A stretch of 64,000 nucleotides of DNA from Setoptus koraiensis. Its lineage: Eukaryota > Animalia > Arthropoda. The notes under the pieces were generated by a model that was given only the letters and a program-made list of their open reading frames with translations, was not told where the DNA came from and ran no database searches. Every line of letters begins with the position of its first letter. Position 1 is the first letter of the stretch. Location: NCBI GenBank assembly GCA_048013815.1, contig CM106586.1:14942001-15006000 (forward strand), read 5' to 3'. Below are positions 11,962 to 25,600 of this stretch, piece after piece. The position numbers and the translations under genes were made by a program.

Positions 11962-13872
11962 TTAGTGTGACGGCACTCCGAATGAAACGTGTTCGCGCTG
12001 GTTCGCCTATTTTCGCCCCCACTCGCTCTTTGTTATGCTGACATGATTGGCCCAGGATTGTTCAGTTTTGTCGAGTCGAACCACGTCATTCATCATTAAT
12101 GGATTGCCCCACAATTGCCGGCAGCAGAGTTTGCCGTGCCAAAAGCCTCTATTCGTGCCTCTATAGCTAGTGGCGTCTCTACATGGTTGTGAGGATCAAG
12201 ACGTATAATATTTCTGATCCGTTATTTTACTGCGCCTCAACTGCATGTAGTTCAAGGTCTGAATAGTGGCGTGCCGCGCACGCTCGGGCAACTACACACC
12301 CACCCGGCTCGGGTGCGCAACCGTTTGGTGTTCGAAACAATCAGGCGCACTACGCGTTGTGGCCTCAATGAGTCGCCGGATAAAATACCAAGACTGATAT
12401 CAAGCCAGTGGATAAACAATGCAATGGTTGTCCGGAATTGGTGGCCCGCCGGCACTTTTAATCGTATTGTCAACACACCCTCCAGCCGCACATACCGCGG
12501 CACGACAGTGAAGGCACATGTGCACTCATTCACGTTAGAAATGTACATGTAAATACGTAGCCTAAATGCCACTGTGCCACTGGAGTATTACCACACATGG
12601 ATTTGAGTGGTAACTGCGCGTTCTCATGGCGTTGTTCTGGCACTGTTTCATATTGTTGTTGTTGTTGTTGTTGTTGTCGCTGTTGTTGTTCCATGAAAAC
12701 ATGGCACACGGACATGGCCTTAAACAGTGTCTAGGCCACACTTTTTGTTTTGTTCTTCTTCTTTTCCTTTCGTGATCATTAATATTATCGTATTCAATTG
12801 CACTGATACCGGATACCTATCAAGCTATCGGTGCATCGATCATGAGAAACGGTTGAAAGTTACAATAATCTCTAAACTGCTATTGGGCACTCGACTGCAT
12901 AGATGTTCGCACTGGGAACATAAATTAACTTGATGGATTTACTCGATGAAGCCGAAGATACAACAACACACTAAAACGTAGCTAGTTTGCACTGTTATAA
13001 ACATTGCAACCGTCGGCAACAACAACAACAACAGCATCACCAATCCGACTAGATAAAAACAAAACAGCTTTGTGTTAACATTTGATCATCATTTTGACTT
13101 ACATGTACAGTAAAGTCCTCCAATGTTTAGTACACACATTGAGGATACCACTACTGAAATAGAGAGAAGGCAAGCCCAATTGACGGTCAAAAACAAGTAA
13201 ATAACAACATTCGTCATAGTGAGTTATGATGAACTATAAATAAATTAGAATTATAACAACGTCTCTATCTAATAATAATACAAATATCTGAGTCACTAAT
13301 AATAAGTAGAAGGAAAAGAAATATCTTCAAGTCATGGGACTGAATAACGTCACGAATTAACAGACGTGTTCAAACAAACAATAATAATATTATTAAACAA
13401 ATCTCATTATAAACAATAATGTTGCACTATTATACTTACATCATTGTGTGTGAAAATATACATTGTGACATAATGACATAAATGCTACTAACGTAATCAA
13501 TGGATGGAAACGAAGAACTCTCAAATAAGAAACAGAATCACTTCAATATTAAACAACTGAAATCAACAAACGGATCCCCGGTAACCCAATGCAATACTTA
13601 GTGGCGAAACCGAATACAGAACATTCAACATTTCGTTAAAGATTGTTGCATTAATGCCCAGGAACTTCATATCATGCAACAACGACAACCAGCTACAACG
13701 AGAGCATTCTATTATTAAATTAGCAACGTCTTGATATTTATACGATTAATTGCTAATCTGATATTCATCAGGATACAACCACTACTTCAAGCGTTATCCA
13801 TAATTATTTTCATTTGGTATCAATTTGTTACACAAAACTTTCACTCGTCAATCGATTACCTAAGCCTATCAC

Positions 13873-13936
13873 GTATCTTCAATTATATAACAATCGACGC
13901 AACACTAGACAGACTAGAGCGAATAACTAAAAACAA
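13873..13936 (+). repeat. 64-bp dispersed repeat, copy 2 (copy 1 at 7465..7528)
   Basis: 59/64 identity to copy 1, same orientation. Confidence 0.85.
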
Positions 13937-14372
13937 CCTCATATATATAACAACCATCCGATGAACTCTCATATATGATATCTTGTTTTATGTAATCAGC
14001 GAGATCAATTTCAATTATCTTATCAAGATAGTTATTGTCAGTTAGAGACATCAGAGATCATCAAGAACGACTGTCTAAAGCCGGACAATCTCAACTCGAT
14101 TGTGCTCAACTATCTACTGTGTCACAGCATCACAGATATCTTTTTAGAATACCTCCGGTACATTATCATCTTTCATCAGAACTGAATCCACTGTTTGCTC
14201 TGCTGTTATTACAATTAAGATACAACTTTCGCACACATATGCAACATTTAAATCTATGTAGTTGTGATTCTAACAATTGTCTTGCAAGAAATCATTTGCT
14301 TCGTATTTTACACAAGTGGACAGTATAATAATTATTCAATTGAGTTTGGATAGAAGATAGTGCATTTCAATC

Positions 14373-16203
14373 ATGAGGTTAACACGCTCCTTGTACGCCA
14401 ACGTCTCGGTGCTGTTGGACTTCTATTCGCGGTTCAACCCATCACCATTGTCCATCAAAAAGTTCTTAGATTTTGGTAAGTAGGCCAAGCTCAATTGAGA
14501 GCTAAATGAACATAACTATATCTGCATTTATTTTCTGATAAAATATATGATTTCTCTTCTAAATCGCTAAAGGTCGACAAGGATGCGAGAAACAATCATA
14601 TTCCTTTCTGAGAAAAGAGCTACCTGTGCGATTGGCTAATATTATGAAAGAATTTAGTTTACTGCCAGAGACACTTTTACACATGCCATCAGTTATGATC
14701 GTACAAAATTGGTATCTTCGCAGCTTCGAGGAGATTCTGGCTTTCGAAAAGAACAGAGCCGACAATGATAAAACACTTGAAGACTTCTGTGAAACTTTGA
14801 TTAAAATTCGAAATCGTCACTCCAACGTAGTGCAAACAATGGCTCAAGGAGTTATTGAATTGAAGGAGAGCAAATCTGTTGATACACAGACCGAGCACAG
14901 CATACAATACTTTCTTCATAGATTTTACCTTAGTCGCATATCAATTAGAATGTTGATTAATCAACATGCAGCTCTATTTGGAGCTGATCTGCCTGGGCAC
15001 CCTCGCCATATAGGCTGTATAGATCCAAATTGTGATGTAATGAGTAAGTGCACTTGCTAATCTTTATCTATCCTGACCTTTTACCATAGAATTTAAATAC
15101 CAATCAATATTCTCTTCGATTCAGGTGTTGTGGAGGATGCTTATGAAAATGCAAAATTTTTATGTGATCAATACTACCTACGATCGCCTGAAATGGTAGT
15201 TGAAACTTGTCATGGTAAGTTTTCTACAGACTCCTATCAATCGAGCCCACTATAAAACGAACCCATACTCTGAATAGTGATGATTTTATCTGTATCATAC
15301 TACTCTCTGTGCAGTTGACAAGAGTGGAGGGCCCATCTCTATTGTCTACGTACCATCACATCTTTATCACATGGTAAGTATACCACTTGTCACAATTTAC
15401 TAGTACTTAATCCTAAATTAAAACAAAGAGCTTACCACTCATATCGCTGTTTGTATATTTCCCAGGCATTTGAAATTATAAAAAATTCAATGAGAGCTGT
15501 GGTAGAGCATAATTCAGACGCAGACGAAGTTCCTCCTTTAAAGATGTAGGTATTAATTAGCGACTCTATTACATAGTATATATGGTTGCTGTTTCACTAA
15601 TATCTAAAAATTATATGATTGTTTTCCTATAGACTTCTGGTTAAAGGGAGAGAAGATCTCACTATCAAGATCTCAGACTGTGGTGGTGGTATATCACGTT
15701 CTTTGACTGACAATCTGTTCCAATACATGTACAGTACAGCTCCTCGACCCCAACCTTCTGACAGCAACACTGCGCCCCTAGCTGGTTACGGTATGTATTC
15801 AACTGATTGCTCAGACACTAACATCTAAGTCCATCACAATACATAATGACTCAATTCAAACTATTGACCCTTGTTTTTATCATTCTTTTGAAATTCCTGT
15901 AAATTTGTAGGATATGGCTTGCCTTTATCACGTTTGTACGCCCGCTATCTACAAGGCGACCTTGTTGTAACCTCGTGCGAGGGCTATGGTACAGATGCCA
16001 TCATATATTTGAAGGTTTTATCAAATGAAGCTAATGAGGTTCTGCCTGTATTCAATAAGACATCTTCTAAGCATTATAAAACTCACGCTGGCTCACATGA
16101 CTACTCCACTGGAGGAGGAGGTGGTGGTGGACAATATTCTGAACCATTCCCATCAATGCAATCGTCAACTCCTAGCCAGCCTATAAGATCTGTCGGAAGT
16201 TAG
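14373..16203 (+). CDS. Pdk: Pyruvate dehydrogenase kinase, 7 exons: join(14373..14475,14573..15043,15125..15214,15315..15373,15466..15545,15633..15790,15911..16203), 417 aa
   Basis: [66 protein letters not shown]. All six introns are GT..AG (81-120 nt) and the exon lengths sum to 1254 nt in frame. Confidence 0.96.
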
Positions 16204-19200
16204 AACTAAGGACCATTGCTGGCATTTAGCTAATTAGATTAAATTGACTATATAAACTTCTACATATGGATGATGACGCTTTCTAATAATTTGTCCGAAA
16301 TGACTGTTGAGTCCACGAATTACTGACCTATCAACGGGATTGTCAACTTGTTACTAATAGATTTACGAATAGAATTTTATGAATCATCATTCTTAATCGT
16401 TTGATTGATAGATATTATTGAGCGCCAAATTGGTGCACATTCTTATAACTACATTATTTCGTGTGCTCTCATGCTAAACTGTAATGAAAAAACCCCCAAA
16501 ACTTAATACAAGAGCCTCGTAATAAACCAACATTTATTGCCGTGATACGATTATTTTGTCAACTAATTCATTTTGCTCCACTGTCCGATACTGATCCATC
16601 ATTGTAACCGCAAAAAAAGGTTATTGACATGTGATGAAGGTGCATAGACCCATTCACTTGCGAAAGTTACTCATGATGTAAGGGGATGCTATTTGCTAAA
16701 GCAAGCATGCATATATTGTTGTGTGAACTTTTCAAATTGCATTGCAAGTAACTTTTAGTAACTGTAATTGTCAGTAGTAGTATCTCCTCAATGATATGGA
16801 TAGCTTTTATGACTGAAACAACGGTCACCATGTTTACATAGAGCGAGTTTGTGTGAGTTGAGCAATCCTAATTAGCGTACTAGCGGGCAAGATTGCATAA
16901 TGGTTACATCGTTAACTTGTCTCATGCTATGAATACATTGCATACTGTGAATTTCTTATCATTAGAAAGCTAGATAATGTTCGCGCAGAGAATCGCAATC
17001 ATTGAATGAATAATTAAATCGAAGCGAGTTACGTGTCACATAGACAATTAATAACAATTAATGCAATTATCAGGGCCGTGTCCCTGATACTATAGTGCTG
17101 CCTATGAAGACAAGATGATTGCAGCATTGAGAATTAGTCGAGACGACATACGTCACACTCCGTCGACATTGATCAGTATTTCACGCGTAACTTGGCAAAT
17201 TAATCTGAGCATTTATTTGTCGGTTGCGATCGGGCGAGCGCGAGAGGTCCGCTTCAAGATTTATGTGACGAGGCTGAAACTGTATAGCATGAATCTTAAA
17301 AGTAAGCAAATTGATGGAGGTTTAATGGTTGCAGCTCAATGCACTCGCCAAGTTATTGCAATGCCACTCCTAGTTGATATTCCAACATCTTCCTGTCTAT
17401 AATATCTGAGGCGTAACTAGACTCGACTTCTATTTGACAAAAAAAAATGTGCGAGTTGCAAACTGTTTCAATTACATCCAGAGATACTAACGAACTGAAA
17501 CCAAAGCAAGCACAGATGTGACTTGTTGATTGTTTGTTAACTCATTAACTTGGTTGATGTTGGAGCTAGACGAAACACGATTTTTAGGTTGGAATTAGTG
17601 TTAGAATGAAACAGCCTGGAACGGGAAGAACGGCAGATTAAAGCCAAGCAAATGCCCATTTTAGATGAGAGAGGAGAACGAATTACCTAAAGAATTCGCC
17701 GCTATATTCGTTTGGGACGAACGATGCGAGGAGTAATCAGGTATCGGTGAAAGAATCTTCTTTTGCCCGTGTCTAGTGTCTCGTGTCTCATCTCAAGAGG
17801 CATACACTTACAAATAAATGTGTGATATCCGTTTGGCATATACGAGCATGATGCTGCTTCTTGATGTGGGATTTATTCGCAAGAGCCACAGGAAGAGCAA
17901 GAGAAAGAGCAGCGGCAGCAGTAGCGGCAAAATAGCTATTGCTAGTGCTTATTATCGTCACAAGAAAGTGATAAAGAAGATATGAAATACTGTTGCACAA
18001 CAACAGCAAATATCTCAACAACATATCTAGTGTGTGTCTAATACACATGCAAGTGGATGTGTTGCGTTTAACTGTAAGAAGTTTATTTTTGAGACTAACT
18101 AGCAGGCAGAGAATAAGGCATTAGAAAGTATGCCGAGAGCATTCTTATTATTAATGGTGCCATGAGGTCTGTTGAATGCAAATTACATAATATCATCTTG
18201 GCTGCTACACTGGCTTGCATTGGCTGTTAGTGTTATGTAAAACGGGGAGGGAACAATATGTAGTATGTTCTCGATGGCTCGGATCGAACGCAACGGATAC
18301 ACGGTGGCGAGGAAACGAGGAGAGATTAAGACGAACATGCTCATTGGCTTACCATTATGGATGCCATGTGGATCATCCATTGAAGTTGGCTAACGAAAAC
18401 AGTGATTTTGGCGCTTGCAAGTTGCATAACTAGCGTAATAGTAGCTGTAGCAGTAGTAGTTTGAGTTTGAGTGAGATGATGTTAAATGATAGAAGCCTCA
18501 GCTCGGCGTCTAGTGTTTTTCTAGCGAGTTCACCCATCAAAAGGAGCATATAGATATTTTATTGCACAAAAACTGCAAGTGTTACATTAGTGTTCAATTG
18601 TTGAAATTACAATGAACAGAGCAAGTAATAACACCAAGAGAAGATGCACGTACTACTTACACCATCCGCAGAATTATCCGTACAGCCGCAGCTCTCACAG
18701 CCAACGAAAGCCATAGAGCCACACAGCTATACAGCCATAGAGCCATAGAGCACTGACAGCAAACGGTAAGTAGGATTAAGTGAAAAGATTATCACATCAT
18801 CATCACACAATGGAGCAAATGAGTATGCAAATGCAAACAATCAAAGAGAATGCGATTCATGCGATTTTTTGTTTTTTGTTTTATTATTAAACAGAGATAA
18901 TAATAGCACAAGCAATAGCTGTGGCTCTCTCTGTTTTCATCAATGCAAACAGAAAGAATTTGGCCTCATTCAACTCACAGGCCAGCAGCAGCTCAGTTTG
19001 GACCAAACCAGACAGAGACGCATTTTCGCTCCTTTCTCTTCGAATAACCTCAACTGACGTCGAATGGCAAGACATTTTTATACGACTACCACCACTGGCA
19101 TGCAGTGTTCAATTTGAAGGACACATAAATTAGTTGAATCATTGAATTGTTTGTTTGCAAATACAAAAAGTTTATCAGCACCAGGCAGCACAGTTAGTAG

Positions 19201-19679
19201 CCGTGGCAACAGTTGCATCATTAAAAGTTGGCCTTGGAAGTGCCAACAACCAATTCACTCAGTGTATCACGTGTTGTGTTGCTCCTTAAAAATCGCCAAT
19301 CAATAAATATTGGAGCAAGTGACTACAGTAATTAATTAACAATCAATAATACAAACAGACACCTCCAGCTATTCTAATTATGATGCACCGATGAAGGCAT
19401 CAAGAATTCAATGAAGACAGTTGAGAATGTTCGCAAGAGCACATGGCAAGCTCGTCCACGAGCGATAGAGCCCTTTTATCACCGATTCGAGTTGCAAGAG
19501 ACTCGGTTTATTTTGTTGTCTGCGTTGTGCCATAAGATCCAATCTGCATTCACACAATTCGGTTCTGAAACTCGGTCGTCCTCAGTCTAGTCTGCGATAT
19601 TGTTGCACTATTTGTCGTCTTTTATTTAAATCAACATTACGTCTGACAGCAACACAAACATCAACACCGATCTACCGAA

Positions 19680-22600
19680 ATGGCCTCCACGTGCAGAGAT
19701 TTCAAACCTCACCAGCTCAGACCAGAAAGGTGTCGAAATTGTTTTCAAGACAAATCTAAGCACTCACAATTAGCGCAACAGCAACAACAGCAGCAGCAGC
19801 AATCAAATGCTCAATCCAACGACAGCCAGCTTAAATATTCATCCGAGAACTCAGGTAAATATTCCAAGCTGCACGACAGTGGCGGCGGTGCCAGTTATTC
19901 AATGAGAAGACGCTCGTCTCGAGAAAATCTCTCGCCATCAACAAGCGATGACCAGCCGACAGATGCAGCGCCGGACAGCAAAGAGAAGTATTCGGTAAGT
20001 ATTGTTGCAACTTCCGATGCGATTGTTTTGGCATTGCGATTTACGCTTGGTCACTAGCGAAGTAACGAAAGTTTATAGCAATCAATGTGCCTTATGTATA
20101 GCAACGAATAACTAACGCTTTGAAAGAGCGACCGCTCTATCTATGTGGGATCCGCGTGACACTTCCGGATGTTTCAACTTGAAATATCCGGTTGTTTAAA
20201 CAAAGACCTTTCATTGGTCTGACTTGTGGAAGCTCATAAGCCGCACTAAGACAGTTTCAACGGTTCCTCACTGAAAAATTCTACATGAGCATACAGTAAC
20301 ATTATTTCTGCAAGTGTCAATATTTCGTTGCTCATACCGTAAATTGTTTCGATTATTGCGTAGTTATTTCGAGTTCGCTGTTGTGATCGTTCTTTGCTAC
20401 AATTTTTTGTTAATTTGTGTGGGGCCACCAAAATCGACAGCCATGGCAGATCAAAGTCGTCTAATCCATGTTTCTTCTCTCTAACTCAGTCTATTCCAAG
20501 AAACAAGCCCACTAGAGCGTTTGGCAAGAGCGCTGAAACAAACAAAATTGATGATGCTTCTTTTAGGTATGATTCAAAAAACAAAGGATCTCACGACATA
20601 AACAACGAATCAAATCATGCAAGAAACACCAGCAATGAGCTAGAAATTTTAAAGCGTCAATTAGAAGAATGTTTGATTGAACGAAACAAAAAAGACAAAG
20701 AGAATATGGAGCTCCAAAGTGCCCTGAAGAGGCAGCAACAATCAATGGTTGACTCGAGTAGATTAGGAAATCAAAAAATAACTGAAGATATATTGAGTTT
20801 GCAAAAGCGCAATAGAGAATTGGAGCACATCAACGAAGACTATCGGGACGAGATAAAGTGCTTGAAATTAGAAATGAAAGAACTCAGCGAAGAATGTCAA
20901 AACAAAGTGATGAAACTGACAAGTGGCAGCAACAAAACAACTGCTGGTTCCGATGATTCATCGTTTAATCAAAACCAGAGCATGGATTGTTTGAGAGAAC
21001 AGAATGCAAAATTGAAAGAGGAAATAAAGATGCTCGAGCAAGAATTAGATGAAATACAAGACACATTCAAAGAGGAGGAATCAGAGCAATTGGAATCGCT
21101 CAAACAAGATCTAGATCTAGCATCGAAGAATTGTCGGATATTGCAATTTAAACTGAAGAAATCTGAGAGACAGTACACTCAATTGGAGCAAGTGAAAATC
21201 ACTTTAGAGAAACAATTGGAGGATATGTGTTCACAGAGGCCCCAAGAGCAGCAGTCATCACTGTTGAGTTCGGACAATGGACAATATTCGAGCAGTAATA
21301 GTAGTAGTGGTGGTCGCTCTTTAGATGGACCAACAATAACGCTGGCCTCATCTGAATACGATCAACTCATCAGGGATCTCCATGACACTATGGAACGCGA
21401 GAAAGATCTCCAAGAACAGATAAAGTATTGCCAAGAGGAATCTCGGATCAATTCAGATAAATTGTCCGCGTTGGAAAGTGAAAATGAGATATTGATGAAT
21501 AAAGTTTCCAAATTAGTTGAAACAAAAAGTAATGCCAGTGCTATGGCTCTGTTAGGGCGCCAGAAATCAAATCAAAACGATTCCAACGATACTAGTAGCT
21601 CAGATACTAATAACAGTTCCAATATTAGTGAGCTTCTACAACAGATTGAACAATTGAAGCTAGGATTAGAAATAAGCCAAAATGAGAATTCGTCCATGAA
21701 GGTGCAAAATCAGAAGCTCAAGTTGCAATTGGAGCAATCCGATTCAAAGCTTAAAATTTTTCAAAAGAAACTGGACGAGAAAACTTATCTCAGCGAATTG
21801 TCAAATGCGAATGTTAGCGACCATCAGATTTCGCAGCGTTTACAATCATTGCAAGTTGAATGTCGCCAATTGAGAACAAAATTAATAGAATCGGACAGAG
21901 AAAACAGGCAGCTGAGAACTCGTGTTGAATTTGCATCGGCCACTAGCGGCATTAGTGGCAGCCAACAGCAATCTCCCAAATCAAATGAGGCTTCCAATAG
22001 TTCAGATACTCAGCTTATGTTGAACAGATCCGCCGTGTTCAATCGTAGCAGGTCGCTCGAGCAGCAGCCCCAGAATGCCAATTCTCAGGCAACAACAGAA
22101 ATATCCAAGTATAGGGCCGAATTGTCCATGATTAAAACTCAAAATGACATGTTAATGAGGCAAAACAGTGACTTAAACGACAGAATACGTTCCCTTGTGC
22201 GAGACAATAAACAAACGCCCAGCTCAACAACAAAACACGAATCTCAGTTGGAGTCTGAGTTAATAGTGCAACTAAAGGATAGATTACGAAGCTTAGAGGA
22301 GGAAGTGGCTTGCAAGAAGGCGAAAATAGTTGAATTGGAGTTGGATAATACGCGCATCCAAAGAGAATACAAGAAACTCAAACAGGCTTTGGAATGTAAG
22401 CGGAACCCGTCAAGACTGAATCGCATTCACGACACATCAACTAGACAAGAATTACGCGATTTGGTCAGAGAACTCGAAGAGGAGCTCGTGCAAGCTCAAT
22501 CCGTTCAACAGGGCAGAGAGGCCCTGTTAGACAGTTGCCAGGAAGAACTCAATGAATTGACACAAGCATACGATAAATTGAAATCGGAGCGAGACTGTTT

Positions 22601-25600
22601 ATCGCGCGAACTCGCCGACGCCAACCTCAAACTGACCAGACACATGGGGCGAAACTCTGACGCCGAAGCCGATAAGCCAACCAGTGTGGACAGTGTCGAC
22701 AATAGCCGCTCTAAAGAGACAGCATTAGATGATCAAGCCGACACGTACAAGCATCAATTGGAACAAGAGAGATTTTGCATTAGCAATCTCAAGAACGACG
22801 TCAGGATATTGGAGGCAGCCAAAAACGAGCTGGCCTCACAGAATCGTATGCTCGAACGAGAACGGGTCAGCATGGAGGAGGAAGTGGATCAAATGCGAGC
22901 TGTCAATAGGCAACAATTGGAGAAAATCGACGAGTTGACCTCCTTGCAGAGAACAACAAACAATCGCGTCAATGAACTCAACCTAACTAACGATCGTCTC
23001 AAGAGCGAGCTAAGTTTGTTACAAAAGAAACTCGATAGCCAGAAGAACATGAGTGGTTCGGTGGAAATGGGCAGTGGTCACACTGCTAAATTGGCCGAAA
23101 CAAGCAGCACCAGCAAAAGTCAGCAACTAGAAAGAGATTGCGATGATCTCAGGTCAAAGAATAGATTCCTGATCAATAAAATCGACGGGCTAGAATTGGA
23201 GTTCAGAGCCAAGGCCGATGAGCTCAAGGCACAGTTTGAGCTGCAAAAGAAACGCGAATTGGAGATTGCAAGGCTCGAGGTGAAAGAAAAGCTACAAATG
23301 GAAATGCTGCATACCAAGGACGAACTCAATGAGGCCCGCCAAAAACTGACCACGGCCTCCAGGCAACAGAGTAAGGCCGATTATGAGTACAGGACAATGG
23401 ATGAGAAATACAAGACGCTTGATAAGGAATTCAAGAGAGAAAAGGCTCGTTTAACAGGTAAAATCGATCAATTGGAGCAAGATCTGGATTTTGAGCGGAG
23501 AAAACAAGATCATTTGGAGAGAGAGAAAGAGTCCCAATTGAAAGATAAGAGCAGACAATTGATGAATGTCCAGGATACATGCGTGCAATTGGAACGAGAC
23601 CTTAAGAGGGCCCAGGCTAAGCTTAGCTCGGCAGAGAGCGATTTCGAGTTAAGACTGGCGAATTTAGCCCAGGAATTGAATAAAGATAAAAGAGAAAAAG
23701 AGGAACTGACTCAGAAATGTAGGAAAACCGAAGAGAATTATTATGATCAGAAGATGCGCTCCGAATCGGAAAAATCGGCTCTCGTTGAGGCACTAGACTC
23801 TGTGAGAAAGAGCTACAATGAGAAAATAGACGAAATAAAATCAATTAGAGAATTGTTGAATGTTAGACAAGATCAACATTTCAAGGAGAAGCTGCTCATG
23901 CAAGAGAAACTGCAAGGCATGGAGGCAACCATAGGCAAATTTTCAACCTTGGATTATGACTTCAGGCAGCTCAAGAACCGTTGTGAGACACAAGAGGCCC
24001 AATTGGAGCAATACAAGAAGGACGAGCGAGCATTGAGAGAGGAAAAATCACGATTGAGATCTAAGAATGACGAATTGGAACGCAAGTGTTCCTATTATGA
24101 AAAACAGGAACTGGCCTCAAAAACGAGCTCAATATCACAACTTCAACGAACGACATCACCATTACTAGGTAATCCGTCGTCTCGCCATCAAACTGCAACT
24201 CACATTATGCAATCAAATACGAAGACCGACCATGATGCGGCCAAACTCGAACAACTTTATAGTGAGTTAGAATTCACCAAGGCACAACTAAATAAGGCCC
24301 TTGAGGATAATGCTGCGCTTGCAAAGAACATTGCGACAGACTCCAATGGAAATCGCCAGTCGGAATATTCTCTTAGTGAGAAGCTCACAGGCAAGATCAA
24401 TGACCAGAGACATCATATAAAAACACTGAAGGCCCAGATAGACAGTTTGGTCGCCGAATTGAAAAATACCAATCTACTGCATAGGTCGGAGAAGGGCTCT
24501 TGGCAAGTTCAAATGGCTCAACTTAGAAGTGCTCTGAATGAAAAAGAGGAGCGACTTCTGTTAGAGACTTCGTCTAGATTGGCCACCAGGAATCTGGCTA
24601 AAACCAAAATGGAAATCGCGTGGCAAAAAGAGCGGCAGACTCATCAGGATCTCTTGTTAAAACAACAGCAACAAATTCAAGCATTGACAGAGGATCTTCG
24701 TCAGACAAGTCTATCGCTTGAATCGATAAAAGAGGCCAGGCAACGCGACAATCAGCGCCACCAAGAAGCGCTCACCAGTTTGAGTGAGTCGAATAAAAAC
24801 CTGAACCAGGGAACAAACGAGAAGTTTGGTCTTCTTCGTCAGCAGCTTGATATTTGCGAAGACGAACGATCAAGATTGCAGCATAAGGTCATAAGTATTG
24901 GTCAATATAATGACAAAGTTATGGCTAGCGTACTGAAAGAATTAGAGCCGTTATTGGTGATTGTTGGTAAGATCCTTAACTCTCTCGACAAGGCTGATAA
25001 TAGCAAAGATGAAGCTGACGAACAGGCTGCTGATCAACAAATTCACCAATCATCAACAAATAGACCACTTAGAACCACAAAGAAAAATACTAATTTACCT
25101 GATGATGGCGACGATGAGGCCTCATTAGGCTCCGAAACAACAACGTCGTTGTCGAAAACTAACATTGTCTCTAGCAATAAACCCGCGCCAAGTGGTCGAT
25201 TTTCGCGATTTTTATCAATGAAACCATCGACATTAAATGCCAATGTGACATCGGCTGCACAAACCAATGCAACATTGACCGATTCCAAGGATGCGCAATC
25301 GAATAGTTTGCAAAAAGCAAAGACTAAAACGACAAAAAAGGCTAAAATAAAAAGTTCTGCCATAGGCATAACAGCCAGCGAAAAGAAACAGATGAAACTA
25401 TGCTTCAAACGATTAGAGAAATCGATTGAGGACATCAAATCATTGCCGTCCGCCCCCGCAACTGACAAAAAACAAACCTTAGATTATTCCAAAACTTTAG
25501 CCAAACGAACTTCGGTAAGTCTCGCCAACTTCTCGTGGTGTCATATATCCATTAGAATGCACAATGAATTCCATCACGGCACAACACTATTCCAACCTAA

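Noticed and set aside
11054-12041. Paired ORFs with identical N-termini on opposite strands (11552 +, 11665 -, 11769 +)
   Set aside because: Artefacts of the MITE inverted arms and the (AG)n tract.
12794-12816. AATTGCACTGATACCGG resembling a miR-92 seed
   Set aside because: Only about two thirds identity, and no complementary 5' arm upstream.
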